Shown here: positions 38,828-51,824 of the stretch, in pieces | How positions within the stretch are numbered: position 1 is the stretch's first letter | Layout: each line of letters starts with the position of its first letter | Assembly (NCBI GenBank): GCA_036172245.1 | Contig: JAYWIR010000024.1 | Location: forward strand, 2,356,001 to 2,420,000 | Direction: 5' to 3' | DNA from: Raillietiella orientalis | Lineage: Eukaryota | Length of the DNA stretch: 64,000 nucleotides | Notes under the pieces: model-generated | Database searches by the model: none | What the model was told of the DNA's origin: nothing | The model's input: the letters and a program-made list of their open reading frames with translations, nothing else | Program-made: the position numbers and the translations under genes

Positions 38828-41490
38828 ATGGCGGCTTCGAAGGCACTCGTGGTTTCATTCTTGGCTCAGACGATGTGAGTTTCCCAACAACCATCCTGGA
38901 GCAGTCCTGCCATTTGATGTTCGAACCGTCACTTTTCTGCCTCTCTCTTTCCCTTCCAGATCACTTTTTCCTGTAGAAGGAGAAGCTGTCCTAATAAGCC
39001 AGACGTGCTTTGATGTAAGATTCAGCTTTCTTGGAGATGCAGAGAAATAACAGGAGTTTCTTCCTCGTTCAAGGGACAATACGTTGTGGCGATGTCTACC
39101 AACAAAGATGTATACTTCCAGGTTTTGGATAGCTGGACTGACATCGTGTGGCTTCCATCATCGGAATGCTCCTCGGATTATTGCAGTAATGGGGATTGGA
39201 TCGGGAGGGAGAACATAGGAAGACTTCGCTTTCTTTGCAGAACGTCGCCGCAGATACGATGCTTCAACGTTGTCAAAGAACCCTCCAGCAAACCAACAGA
39301 AAGAGTATTCTTTCGTGGATGTTAAGCTGAATGGAACTCAATACATCTTCAACTTTGTGAGTTTGTGGTTGGGAAGTTGCAACTTCGTGAAGGAAGAGCG
39401 AACCGACGCATCTCTCCTGCATAATCTGCGTTGCATTCAAATCGCATTGCTTCCAGAAATTTTTTGGCCACACTTTCACGAAAAATATGGCGGTTTTCGA
39501 TATAGATCCGCAACCAACCGAATACATCAATTTTCTCGAGAGTGACGGCTTCTTTGGCATAAATCCGCCGAGCTTAAGTTCTTTCCTGAGGGGCCATAAC
39601 TTGGAGCAAATTGCCTACATGGAGTTTGATCGGTAAAGCAAAACTTCCAAAGCACTGCCAACACGACAAACATCTCGATATAGCAAAGATCAAATTGGGA
39701 CTGTTTTTTTGGGAAAATACTATCCATTTCCGGATTTAAATCTCGGCGCCAATTACTCGATCAGCACAACAGAACCTGTCTATAAGATTCACCTTCCCAG
39801 GTATGTGCCCACCTCTACGTAGTCTGCACTCGGAATTGTTTGTGTTGTCTTCGTTTCCTAAGTGCAAGTTGATGACGGTAGCTCGAATGGTAACGTGTGA
39901 AGGAAGAACTTTGTTCGGGTTGCCGAGTTCAAGGATTGTGCCTATTACGGATCTTCAGGGTCATTGCTTAGAGGCGCAGGTCACTCTTAAGGGACGTGCG
40001 AACATGTGGGATTCCAGAAAGACGACTGCAGCTGACTGCAGCCGTTGGGGACGGAATACCGATCTTCGTTCGCTGATTTCCGCGTCCTTTTAGTTTTTTT
40101 CGTTTTTTCGTCCTCCGAGTGAGGGGTCTTTCCCATGTTTCTATGAAGGCATCTGAACGGCTCTTCAGCTCCGCCGCATGGAGTCCCAAAATAGTTTTCC
40201 AGTCAACTAACCGACCGTAGTACGGGTGAAGCGTGGAGGAGAGATCCGAAGTTACCACTCCCGCAATGAGTGGAAGGGAAACTCAAAGGAAACCTCTCTG
40301 GGATTGATTGGAAAAAACGAAGAGCGATTACTAGTCATGAGTCAACCGACCGCGGTCATGAGGGTGCCCTCTCACTCTCCCCAATCCAGATCCATCCTTT
40401 GCGTCATCTAGCGAAAAGACTCGAAACCTCCTTTGCGTCGATCGCTTTTAAAACTGTTCGAAAACGCAATTCTGGACACCATGAGAGGATGCCGTGGCAA
40501 CACAATGCCTTCGACGCTAAAGGTCCGAGAGCAATGATCACCACAGTTTTTCCTTTCCAGCATCAAGGTCGGCAAAGAAGAAATGTGTCAGAAACCATGC
40601 GTTGCTTCCTTAGACACAGCCATTCCAATTGCTCAAGTTAGTAAGGAATTTATGAAGCAGTTCGAGAAGCAAATTAAACCTCTGGGTGTGGACCACTTGT
40701 ACGGGGTGAGTCTCCTGATCATTTCCCATTCCTAGCAGTATAGAGCTATTGAACAGCCTACGAAGAAGTTGGATTCATTGCCCAGTGTAACCTACACGTT
40801 TGTCAGTGGTGTAGTGCTTGAGATGAAACCACAAGATTATGTCATGGATATCAAAGTGAGTAGCCAGAGTCCACAAACTTCAACTCAATTAAATAACCAA
40901 CTATTCAACTAATTGTACTATCAACCATTTAACCATTAGGCTAAGCAATCCACAAGGTCGACTCACTTGCGGTCGTTCAAGCCACTGCATCGTATAAAGA
41001 GTCAGGATGCACCGAATAACAAGCGAAGTGACGAAAGCAGATCTGCTTCGTGATGTTCGCGACGTACAGAGAGAAGCAGCAGAATGAATAATTATGAATC
41101 TCTTGCTTCGTATCGAAGTGCTTGCGTGTTCCGCTATCTCTGAAGCTCCCTTCTCCCCAGAGCGTAAATTGACACTTCGGCGGTTCCTTTCGGTACGTCC
41201 ACACCGAGAACGCGCGTCGCACGGTGTTGACACGCGTCTTTTCCTCGCTCGTGTCTCCTGCAAATCAATAGGGTGGCCATAATCCTCACTCAATCATCGT
41301 GGGGCGAGATTGAGCTCCGACTAACACCGCCTTTTCCTTCCAGGTGAACGACACACTTGTCCCTGTGTTGGGGTTTGCCACCGGATTGAGGTCGGACGTG
41401 GAAATGTGGACTATTTCTCAGAACATGATGACACACCTGATAACGCAGATCGATTTCGAAAAAGACACCCTCACGATTCTTGTGAAGTGA
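38828..41490 (+). CDS. Secreted pepsin-like aspartic protease homologue, copy 3 (9 exons, apparently intact)
   Basis: Same exon structure. YFQVLDSWTDIVWLPSSEC, DGFFGINP, CQKPCVASLDTAIP, ends ...QIDFEKDTLTILVK*. No stops after splicing. Confidence 0.87.
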
Positions 41491-41859
41491 CATTGACATG
41501 CTCGCGTTGTGGGTGGTCACTGATTCGCATCCGTGATTAAAGAATATGATTCCTTCTGTGTGTCCTTTCACTTGGCATTCAATGGCATCTCGAGCTTCCA
41601 GAAGCCTTCTAATAGAGCGTCCCTCCAAATGAAGACCACATTGCGAGAAATACATGTGTGAGCAGGAATCCAAGTTGAGGGTGTACCGTAGGGGGTGATT
41701 CGACGCAGGAGCCAAGAGACGCAAATCAAGTTACCTCCGAACAGATTCTAATGCTTCATGTGATTGCTTCTGCTGCTTGGTGACAACACCAGCAACCACC
41801 AGTAACAAGCACTTGGTCGCAGAAGTCAGTCAAAACTCGCTGTCCTTATGAGGTCTAGC

Positions 41860-44030
41860 AAACGTCCAAGCGGTGCAAGGAACGAAGATCGGTAGACGAC
41901 GCAAGCGCAGCACGTTAGGAAGGGAAGGACGTACAAAATGCATCAGGAGGTCCGGGATATTCGCTGAGACATCGGTTGTCCGTCGGGAAACAGCTGTCCC
42001 AAGAACTACGGAGCGCCACTGGGTGCATCGTGTTTCTGCGAAAGGAGTGGGCATTTCGTTTCTCTTCCCTCCGGTATGCTGGTTGCACATCTACGCGAGA
42101 AGAAATCGGAAATAAAGCGAGTAGAAGTGTCGGGCGATTTTTTTTTTTAGCACGCTGCATGCACAGGATTTAGAAAGAGGGGACGAAAAGCAGCTTCCTC
42201 CTGTTCGGTTTTACGAACGAGTGCAGCTGGCCGGCGGTTCCTCTCGTGCTTCCGAGGCAGCATGGTGGCCACCGGCGACTCCTACCCGCGTATCTTCGCG
42301 ATCCGTGAGGTCCCTAGCAGGGACGCCTCCTTGCGGTAGACAACGATTTTGCCACCTCCTCTCGAAGGCTCCCACCTTGCAGTCCACTGGGCACGCTGCG
42401 CCCTCTTCGGAAAGCAGGGGGGATCCATCGGGAAGAGGGCTGAGAGGGTGAGTGCTGGAGCAGCGCTGCACGAGCACCCCAGTGCGTTGTCGTGCTGAGT
42501 GTGCACCTCGGGGGCGGAGGAAAACGAGCCGAGTTCGCAGTTACTTGGATCGGCAGTGTTCACGGTGCCCAGCCCTACTCGCTGCGTCGCTCGTTTGGGC
42601 ACACCGCGTCTGCGATCTCGGGAGTGTTAGAAGAGACGCCGGAACTTGTGAGAAAAGAACTGACGGAGGTACCGAGTCATGCGGGCTGCAGATGCTTCCT
42701 AGGAACGGCGATCTGCTGCAGCATGCAGTTTCTGCTGCCAAGCGGGCGGATCCCGCGAAGCTTTGATCACCTAGTCGCATCTTTTGCACGGCATCCTCCA
42801 TCAGGTGAAGCAGACGTGAGTCTATCCGCGATCACGCAGAGTCCGGTTCAGTTCGGTTCTGAGGTGCCTTCCAAGAACGGTGCTGTCCGTGAGTTGGACT
42901 TGTGGACCGAGAGCTGGTACGCGGTCAGCAAGTGGAGTGATCGCGTAAGACAAGAAGCACACCCACGCCACTTTCCGCAGCCTCCCTCAGGTCAAATGGG
43001 TCCTGTGTGTGCGCGCTGGCACTCCTTCCTTCATGCGTGAAGTCAGCTCCAAGCGGTCCGAGGGTGCGCGTGCTTTCGTTCGGATGATGTCACCATCCGG
43101 TTCGTTCCAGCTTCCACCATACTTTCCTGCAGTCTGCACTGGGCTGCCTCTTTGCAGACCTTGGTTTGCCCTTTCGGACGAGCTGTTGCTTCTCTTCAGT
43201 GGTTCACGCAGCTGAAAGCGGATTTTACTCCGCTTTCGGGCACCATACCGCAACAGGCGATGGAATTCCCTCTGACATCTAGCGGGTAGTCCTCAGACTG
43301 CGCCATCCAAACGTGGAACATGAAAAACGTCCTAGCTTCTCCGGATTCCTTCTGATTTCGAAAACCTTCATCGCTAAAGGAGGAAAAAAGAAGGTGATTT
43401 GGATATTCGGAGGGTTTTTGGCTACTGTATGTGTGTGTCTGCGATGAATTTTTGTACCTCCAGATGGAGTATGCAGTACGGAGTTGGGCATCTCTCGGAA
43501 TTGTCCAGCGCTTCGCTTCTTGCATCAGCGGAACAAGCAGCGGAAGATGCCTCGTGATCCATCTAGATGTTGCGGCTGATCTGGAGAAATGAAATCGAAT
43601 TGGGAAAATAGCCCTTGAGGACTCTGGAAGAGCAATCGAATGGAATGAGCACATGAAAATCGAAAAAGAGACGATCGCAGCCAAACAGTCAGTAGGAGAC
43701 CAAATTTGCACTACAAGAACCTCGAACTTTTTATCTTTTTATCAAGAGATTTTACACGGTTCACTCTCCGTCTTGTGCACCCGTCTTTCGGTTTTCCCTT
43801 TGGAAGTCTCCTGCCATCCCTTAGGGTCACTTTCTCGACTCGCTCTGGTGCCGACTTCGGAAGGCTGCGGAGCACCAGAGGACAAGATCGCCAGCGCTGA
43901 TTCGCCTCACAGATCTCACGGTATTTGTCTCCGGACATGTTTAGAAGTTTCCTTTCCTCTCCTTCCTGCCGACTGTGGAAGTGTCCACAGTTTTCTGAAG
44001 ACTTTGCCTGCGGGAGTTTAGTCCCGTTTC

Positions 44031-44073
<43 letters not shown>

Positions 44074-45060
44074 CGACGACGGCGGCGGCGATTTCCTTGA
44101 ACAATTTCTTCTGCCTACGTCTTGACGCAAGCTGGAGTCCGTAATCCGCTTGGATGGACACAGATTCGCTAACTCTCTGGGCAACGGAGCCACCATGCCT
44201 CGTGATCAAAACACGGCGCCTCCTGGAAGTTGCGACGTCGCCTTCGTTCCACACCTCTCCTTGCATCTTTCGTGTCGCTGTTCTTGTGCTGAGTCCTCCT
44301 GTAAGGTGGCGGAAAAATTTCCTTCCGTGAACCTCTCCTAAGGGAACGCGGACAAGGTAAGAGGAAAGTGTGCAGTCGTCCCGAGGGCAGCTCGCCGTTA
44401 AAGTTACCACCAAACGCAAAGCAAAGGATTTTCTTTTACTGGGATTGCTGCTCTTCTCTAGCTAAGAGAATTGCGTTCCGCAGCTTCTTACACTTCTCAC
44501 ATCTTTGGAACTCCCAATGGATGTTCGTCTACAGTAACGACGGCAAAAATTTCCTTCCGTTGGCCACTCGCACGTCAACTCCCAGATTAACTTTTCTGCT
44601 ACATCGCAGCTGTTTCACTGAGGAGAAAAGAAGTTTGGACCACATCATTCCTTAGTCCTCTTGTTCTTCTTTTGATTATCATTTTCGTCGGAAATCAGGA
44701 AAGGCAACTTTCTTCGTGGATCATGAACGTAGAAGAATGATCTGCTGACTGAATAGAAGGCCATTCTACCCTTCCGATCATCTAGAATGCCCAGATTTTT
44801 TATGGCAACAGGGTGGCGCGTCGTTCCCATCAGGGCAGTTATTCCATCCAAATGCTCAAGAATGTTCCACTCGACCCATTCGAACAGGAAAACCGCTGTC
44901 TATCTGCTTTTCCATGGATGCACCAGCATGACATCGCAGCCACTCGGGAAACGTAAGAAAACCCTCTTCGGTTTGCGCACGCGTGCGGCAGGCATCCGAG
45001 AAAGGCATCTTGGAACACATCTGCGGAAAGTAAACTGCAGGATCAGGCAGTCCATCTCCA
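41860..45060 (+). repeat. Partial unit B followed by unit C
   Basis: Colinear with ~26570-29430; part of ~42345-42690 is near-identical to ~36250-36620. Confidence 0.8.
44031..44090 (+). repeat. (GAT)n/(GAC)n/(GGC)n trinucleotide microsatellite
   Basis: Read directly. Confidence 0.9.
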
Positions 45061-46299
45061 TCTGCTGACCAGTGCGCAGTGATTTCTCTGAACGTGGGAT
45101 CAAGCAAGAAGCCTGGGCTCAATGAACCAGTGGGGAAAACCAGTGGGGTTCCCAACAAGAGGGTGGGGGTGCTGACTCCGAAAGTGAACTGTCTGCAAAA
45201 GTCTCTTTCGTAACTAGTATATCCCCACTTCTGAACAGCCCCACTTCTCACATCAGCTCGCGCACAGCAACTACCGAAGATGAACAGGAAGACGAGATGA
45301 GGCGAAATCTCCCTCTTGCATTGCTTTCTCCCAATACTGTTTTATACGGGCAGAAATTGGACAGAGAGCTCAAATGCAAGTTCCCGAAGTGCATGGCAAA
45401 AACAGGTGACCGCAAAGGTCTTCGAGCAAAATGGTGATTTCGAAATGTCATTGTTAAAGAGCGATGGCAGCATTGGTTTCATTGAGAACAATTCTCTTGG
45501 GTCAGTTTCTTCTAAAATGAATGATGTACACATCGTATGCAGCAGAATGAATGAAATCGTGTCGGAACTAAGAACCTTGTCAAATTTCAGGACTCAATGA
45601 GGTTCTAAATTTAGCTCATCGAAGTCAAAACGCCCCTTCTAGACGAATAGGACTCGAAGACTATGTCTTTGACTGTGTTTAAGGACATCGTCTATTTCCA
45701 ATGGGTCTCAATTCCCTACTATCAAGGAGGAACGATCTTATAGGATTGTCAATTTTCCTCTTCACTGACAAAATGTTGAAAACGGCAGCCATGTTTTCAC
45801 TTGCACACCTCCTAACAACGAGCGTTGATGGATTTCTAATTTCCCGCGGAAGTGTTAGACTCAATACTCCTTATCTTCTTCATCTATCTGAATGCAACAA
45901 ATCAAAGAAAGCGCGAGTACATTTTTTTCCGCTACAATTTTCGCAAATTCTACTTCAAAACCGGTTGTGGCTGCGCATTCCCCACAGGCATTTCCACTGA
46001 GATCTTTGTTTTTCGTTGCGGGAGGCGTAGTCAACGGAAACGAAGTGATGAAGGATTAGAAATTCGACAACGCGTCGATCTCGCGCAGTTTCCATCCTTG
46101 GAAGGTTTCTTAGGACGAACCAGAAATTCCATCGGATCATCAGTGGCACCTTTTCCAAAGGATCGCACATACCAAGAAGCGAAAAGACAATCCGATCTTC
46201 CTCACAGACCAAGAAGTCTACCCGTAGCTTACCTTCAAATTGCATGTCTGCTGCTTTTCAGGTAGCTTTGGTGATTTCATTTAGGCCCGAATGCACGAG

Positions 46300-49200
46300 A
46301 GATCACTTTCATTGATTGAGATCACTGGACAAAGTTAGTGAACTGCTCCATTCTGTCCGTTCTTTATAAGATTCGGTTAGAGCACAGTTAGTTCATTGAC
46401 CGACCAATTTTGTGTGTTGAAACACTCCTGAAAGATTTGCATCTTCTGTCGAATAACCGTGCATCGATAATGGTAAATTATCATTCGGCAGAGACATGTA
46501 AATAGGCAATCTCTCTATTTGGGTGGTGTGGCTGGTTTAGATTAGTTTCTTTCGGGATTCCATGGAACTTTAGAAAATGCTCGGATTCTCCAGAGGCAAG
46601 TATCTGAAGAGTACGATAGAAGCACAAAACGACGTGGGTTCAGAGACCATTTCTCCACAAACGAAGAAAAGGCAGATTTTGAAAAATGACGGGAAGCGAA
46701 TGCAAAAAAATGGGGACTTTATTTTCCAACGGTTCGGACTTTATTTTGGAAAAGGAACGAAGAAGCAGATCCGGCCAGTAAGCGAGAATCTATGCCAGAA
46801 GCGAACGATAGGCATCTACTCTTCCCTGGACCAACGTCCATCGCTGGAATGAGTCCGTCTTTCAAGGTGAGCGAATCAGCTATCTTCGTTCGCTCAGCAT
46901 TCCAGGCCAACACTCTTCCTGGTTTCCTGAGCTGATGTATGTGTCGCAAGCCTGCATCCAGGAGTTCTCGTTTGGGGAAGTTACAGACGACCACAGGAAT
47001 TTGCCCTATTCCGTAACCTTCTTCTCTCTTTCCTTCATTTCTACACCTCCCAAATAGGTTACCCCATGAAAGGACTTGGAATGAATGCGTGAATTGAGTT
47101 ATTAAAAAAATGCAGATTTGAGGAGATCTTGAAATGGAAGCGACCTCGAAAGTAAGAGCCTTGCTGAGTCAGTTTTCTGTGAGCTTCTTACGCAGAGTGT
47201 GCATCACACTCTTCATAGCAGATGTTCCAAATTCACCCTAGGAAATGTTTGATCCATGACAAGACAACATCGCGAACAAAGACAATAGATGAACAGCGGA
47301 TTCTTGACGTCCAAATGCACACATGGGTTTCCATCTCTATGAACTCGCAACTAACTACAGCTCGGATTTTAGAGCATGAAGGACTCAACGCTTCAAATTC
47401 TGTGAAATTAAAGGAAAATTGAATCTTTATTGCGGACCTTGAATTCATCCTTTATCCCTGCATCAAAATCTGCAGTGAATTATGCGTTCCCCTTCGTTCA
47501 TCAAAGGTCTTGGATTCTGACTTATGTGCTCGTGGCAGCACGAGGAATGAGGCGGTTGGCTACGAGCACTCAACCAATGTCACGTTAAAAAGCATCGGTA
47601 AAAGATCAAAAATGTTTGAAATGCATTTCCACGCCGGACAGAACCCGGATTTCTGCCTTGGCGTGTACCCAAAACAGGAACGGATTTTTTGCTACGTTGA
47701 GGAACCCTTTTGATGATGGTTTGTCTTCTTCTGACATCCAAGATTTAGCAACATCCTTTGCTTGGTACTGTTCTGTATGAATTCGGCAGCAGTCATCTGC
47801 GAAAGTGTAGCAGTTCTCTAGTTCCTTGTTTAGAATTTTGGATCCCTGTTGTCTTTTTTTCCTTTCTCCACAGCCTCTATTTGTTATTTTCATGGAAGGG
47901 ATTGCCTGGTACACCTCGAATGCCTATCGAACAAATTGAGTAATGGGCAGTCATCTTAGGAGAGATCCAAGAAATTTGGAAGGACTTTCTTGTCCTTGTT
48001 TCTGAACAGCGGCCACTATGTAAACGCCCTGGTGTCCACTATTTCCAGTGCACCAGTAATGGCCATCCGTCTTTGGAAAATGGCGTCGGGAACCTCAGGT
48101 GTTTCTGTCATTCCCTCTTCCACACGTCGATCACTGGAAACATGGCGGGAACTGAGGTCTCTGAACCTCTGCCGGAATGCATCTTCTTTCTCCAGCATAC
48201 TCAGTGTATCTGACCAACATCATCGACACTCTATGTCACCGCAGCCTGAAGCTTCTGTGGAGACATTCAAAAGAAGTTGCACAATGGCAAAAGACAAACC
48301 TAAGTTTTATCGAAGCAAGTACGAACAGGATCACCGATTTCACGGAGATCCGTGTGAAGGAGAGCGGTTTGTTACTAATAATCAAAAGTTCACTTGTTGG
48401 TCCGCACGCGTCTTCTATTTTCTGTGCTTCTCTTCCAGCTTCCTTTTTTTTCCCGAGTTCTCTATTTTTAGGCTCACCAAGTGCCAAAGAACCGTTCGCC
48501 TCCTCAGGGGGACCACACTGGGTTCTGTAACGCATTCCACGGCACCAGAAGATGAGTGTTGGTTCTTTAGGTTAGGGGATAACCTTAAAGACACCACCCT
48601 ATGAATCCAAGAAGGCTCCGGAGGATGGAGCCTTTAGCTCTTACGCTTGGTAGGAAACCCCTAAAAGACCCTCTCTCTAATTCTCTCTGGAAAGGATTTT
48701 CGGGAGGGCCCACTCCTCATTTCTTCTTCAGGGAACCGCTCCTTGTTACTTGTCTGAAAACAGCACGAAGGGATGTTTTTAAATCTGCTGGTCACTCTGT
48801 GATGACTTTCAAGACGACTCCTCCCATTCCTTTGACTCCTAGAAGAAAATCCAACAGCCATCTCTCTTCCTTGAACCCGCCATTCTTGCAACCCTCAGAA
48901 CCATAGGCCTTGAAATCCAATCTGCATCCGTTATCCCCATCAATCGACCCTTAGATCACTCGACACATTCTCATCGCCGTACTTTCGCCAATCCCATCGG
49001 AAAAACGTATGAATGTTCGCCAGTTCGAGCTTCCAGAAACCACCTCGCAGGTTCTATATATGCGAGAACACCATTTCCGTTCCAATGCGCCATTTCCTGC
49101 TCCTTGTAAATTTTTAACTCCCCCGACGGCTCGTCATTCCTCTCCCAATCTCCATTCCTGATGATCCTATTATCAAATATTGCCCTAACGGCGCGAATGC

Positions 49201-51000
49201 AGACAGGACCATCTCTGAGCATCCGAATTCTGCTGCACTTTCTCGTCTTCCGACTCGCCTCTTCTGATGCCGTTTCTGGGACTTCGTAGTAACAGAGCAG
49301 TGCCCAGAGTAACTTCTTTCTCGTCTCCCTGAAGCAATCAAATCCGGTTTTGACTTTTGGTTTGTCCTCTTGACGTTCCAGTTGGCAGCTACCAACTCCT
49401 GCAGTTCCAGCGTAGACTTTTTGATCCGGGTGATTTCCCTGCCATGTTTCTCAGTGATGCTTGTTGGTTTATTGACGCACCTGTTGAAGATGTGTGCCAG
49501 AGACTCTTCGCAACTCCCACGCAGACTATCGGTCCGTCTCTCATTGATGGTGCAGGCAGAAGGTTGTGTCGCGCTATATCGGGAAATTGGAGTCAGCTAC
49601 GGAAAAGTGTTCGTCGTTCAGCCACCACTCACCAACGACTTTTCCTTTATCCAGCCTCACGGTCCTCCAGCTACTATTCATGACTCTCTCCCTAGCCTTT
49701 ACTGATCACAACAAACCCTCTCCTCTTATGGTCCCAATTCATTTGCTCTTCGTTCTTTCCCAGTGTGTCCAAACACCAACTGAGCTGTCGTGAAACCATC
49801 GCAAGAACCCATGTTAACAGAGACCGACTGGCGTCCCATGTCGGGGAAACACACCGGCCCAGCTAAGGGGGAAGCCAGAAGCTGTTTTGCATGTCATTAT
49901 GCATCAATTGAAAAGATCATCGGTGCCATCTGCAAGCGCATGAGAACAGATAATTCGATCAAGGCGTTCGCTGCTCCAGAGAATGATAAGAGCTGATGGG
50001 ATTGGAATAATGACTCCTGGGGCTTACGATACGACGTGGCTTGAATGAGAGAAGATGGCACGTGTTCTCCCGTAGGCAATGTCATCTCGGGATACCGATG
50101 CTTCCCAGCATCGGCAATCCTCGCTACCACGACTGTTGGCTTTCACCCTCGAGTGACCTGTGAGGTCGTCTTCGGAAATGCCATATCCGGAAGTTGACGC
50201 TGCAGCCGAATCTAGTGAGCTTTTCGACAGTTGCGGGACGCTTAAGGACCTGAGTCGGAAGACGGTGATGCCAGGCAGCAATGCTGAGGTAGCTGAAAAC
50301 CAGAATTTGTTCGATTGTTTTTCTATGCAAAGAGGGGGAGGACACTTTGGTGTCCTCCCCCTCTTTGCATAGAAAAACCATGTCGTCAGTCAGGGAAGCG
50401 GTGATCTTCCTGCAGACACGACGAGGAGATGAAACATCTATCTTTCCTCCAATGCCCTAGGAGAATGAGGACGACATGCGTTCCCCTGCAGTGTTGTCAG
50501 CGGTTCTCTGTCTTCCTGTGAATAGATGGCACACGTGGTCTCCTCAGAATCGGCTGCAGAGAGAATACATGCGGACGTGCTGTTGCTGAGGCAGTCAGGT
50601 TTCTGACGTCAGGTTCACTCAGCACGATTGCGCATCGTTCCCTCATAGGAGAACTCAATGTTCTGTGTTCGAACTCATGGAACGGGCATCGCACGCAACT
50701 ACATGGTGATGAAGCCTGTGATTCCTTCTTCTTTGGATTTCAAGTCATTATAGAAGGGCTCGTTTTTCTTTTCGTCCATAGAGATTGTCCCTTCAACCAT
50801 TTTTCAGGAAATCCAGATAGCTTCCGCTCGCGTGTTCCCTTTCTCGAATTTGCTGAAGGCACCCGTCTTCCCATGCCCTGGAAGACCGGTAGATCTCCAA
50901 TGTGATCATCTAGAATTCATGCTTGGATTGGGCCGAAGAAGCGCCGCGGTTGACAAGTTCTCACCTTCGAATGAGCCACCACGGACCCATAGGTGCAAAC
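46300..51000 (-). mobile_element. Ancient, heavily decayed Ty3/Gypsy-like LTR retrotransposon internal region
   Basis: Decayed motifs in Gypsy order on the minus strand: gag-like LPVFQG (~50880), PDAIFQRRM (~48070, RT palm), RVLS....KHF.SFTDA..RDIG.VL (~47570-47640, RNase H), FLKFHGI......PHHPN (~46520-46580, integrase). No LTRs identified; boundaries approximate. Confidence 0.45.
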
Positions 51001-51824
51001 GGGGGCCAAGAAAATCATCAGGAAGTAGTCATATGGGTCCTCCTACGCCCTCGAGAGCCACGTGGCGTGCATATCTCGTTGGCGCATCAGAGTCAAGTAA
51101 AAAGCATTGTCCCCTCAGCCAGGGTTCTCCATCCCATAGATGTCCCGTAGCGTGGACTAGTCAGGTCATCATCCTTCGTAGAGAGAATATTACCACCACC
51201 TGTGCTTGGAACATTCGGCACTGAGGCTGTCGTCCTGAAGATGATGTACGTCAGCGGTGCTTCGCTTCGTCAAGGAGGTCGCGGTTTCGGAACGCAGGAT
51301 GCTCGTTAGAGTACACTTCTCTGGCCACTCTTCCACGGAGAGCGGAAAATCAACCACGTACAGATGAATCCACTTGGGAGTTTCTGGAAAGATTGCATGG
51401 AGGAGAATGCCTCCCGAGGGCGACTGCGCTCCCGACGGCGGGACATCCTACGCGGCCCTCCACCTGAGAATGTGTTCCTGAGCTCTTTCGAAGCTGCTCC
51501 TCGGATGGAAGATTCCCTAGCCTTTTCAAGGGTGTTTTCTTACCGTCCTGCTCGAATGGATTCCTAAGGGCTCCCCACTAATGCGATCCTCTTCCAAGGC
51601 ACTTCGGCTCTCACAGAATCCTCGTTCCCTCTTTTTTTCGTCCTCCATCCTCAGAAATTCCCAAACACCACATCGCGAACCGGAAATCAATATGCAAAGG
51701 GGCGGCGCAGATGTCTGTGGCGAGAACACCTGCTGCGTTCGAAATTTCATATGCCGAAATTTCCACAGGTGCCCTTGGGGACATAAAAGCAACCTTTGAC
51801 GGGTCCAGAGGTCAGGCGAGCGGG

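Noticed and set aside
42985..43035. F-box-like VCARWHSFL peptide in unit B
   Set aside because: Not conserved in other copies (VYARRHSFL) and lacks the rest of the F-box motif.
47770..47830. FADD read as the catalytic YxDD of the Gypsy RT
   Set aside because: Its spacing from the PDAIFQRRM motif is too long; the position fits the RT thumb/connection better.
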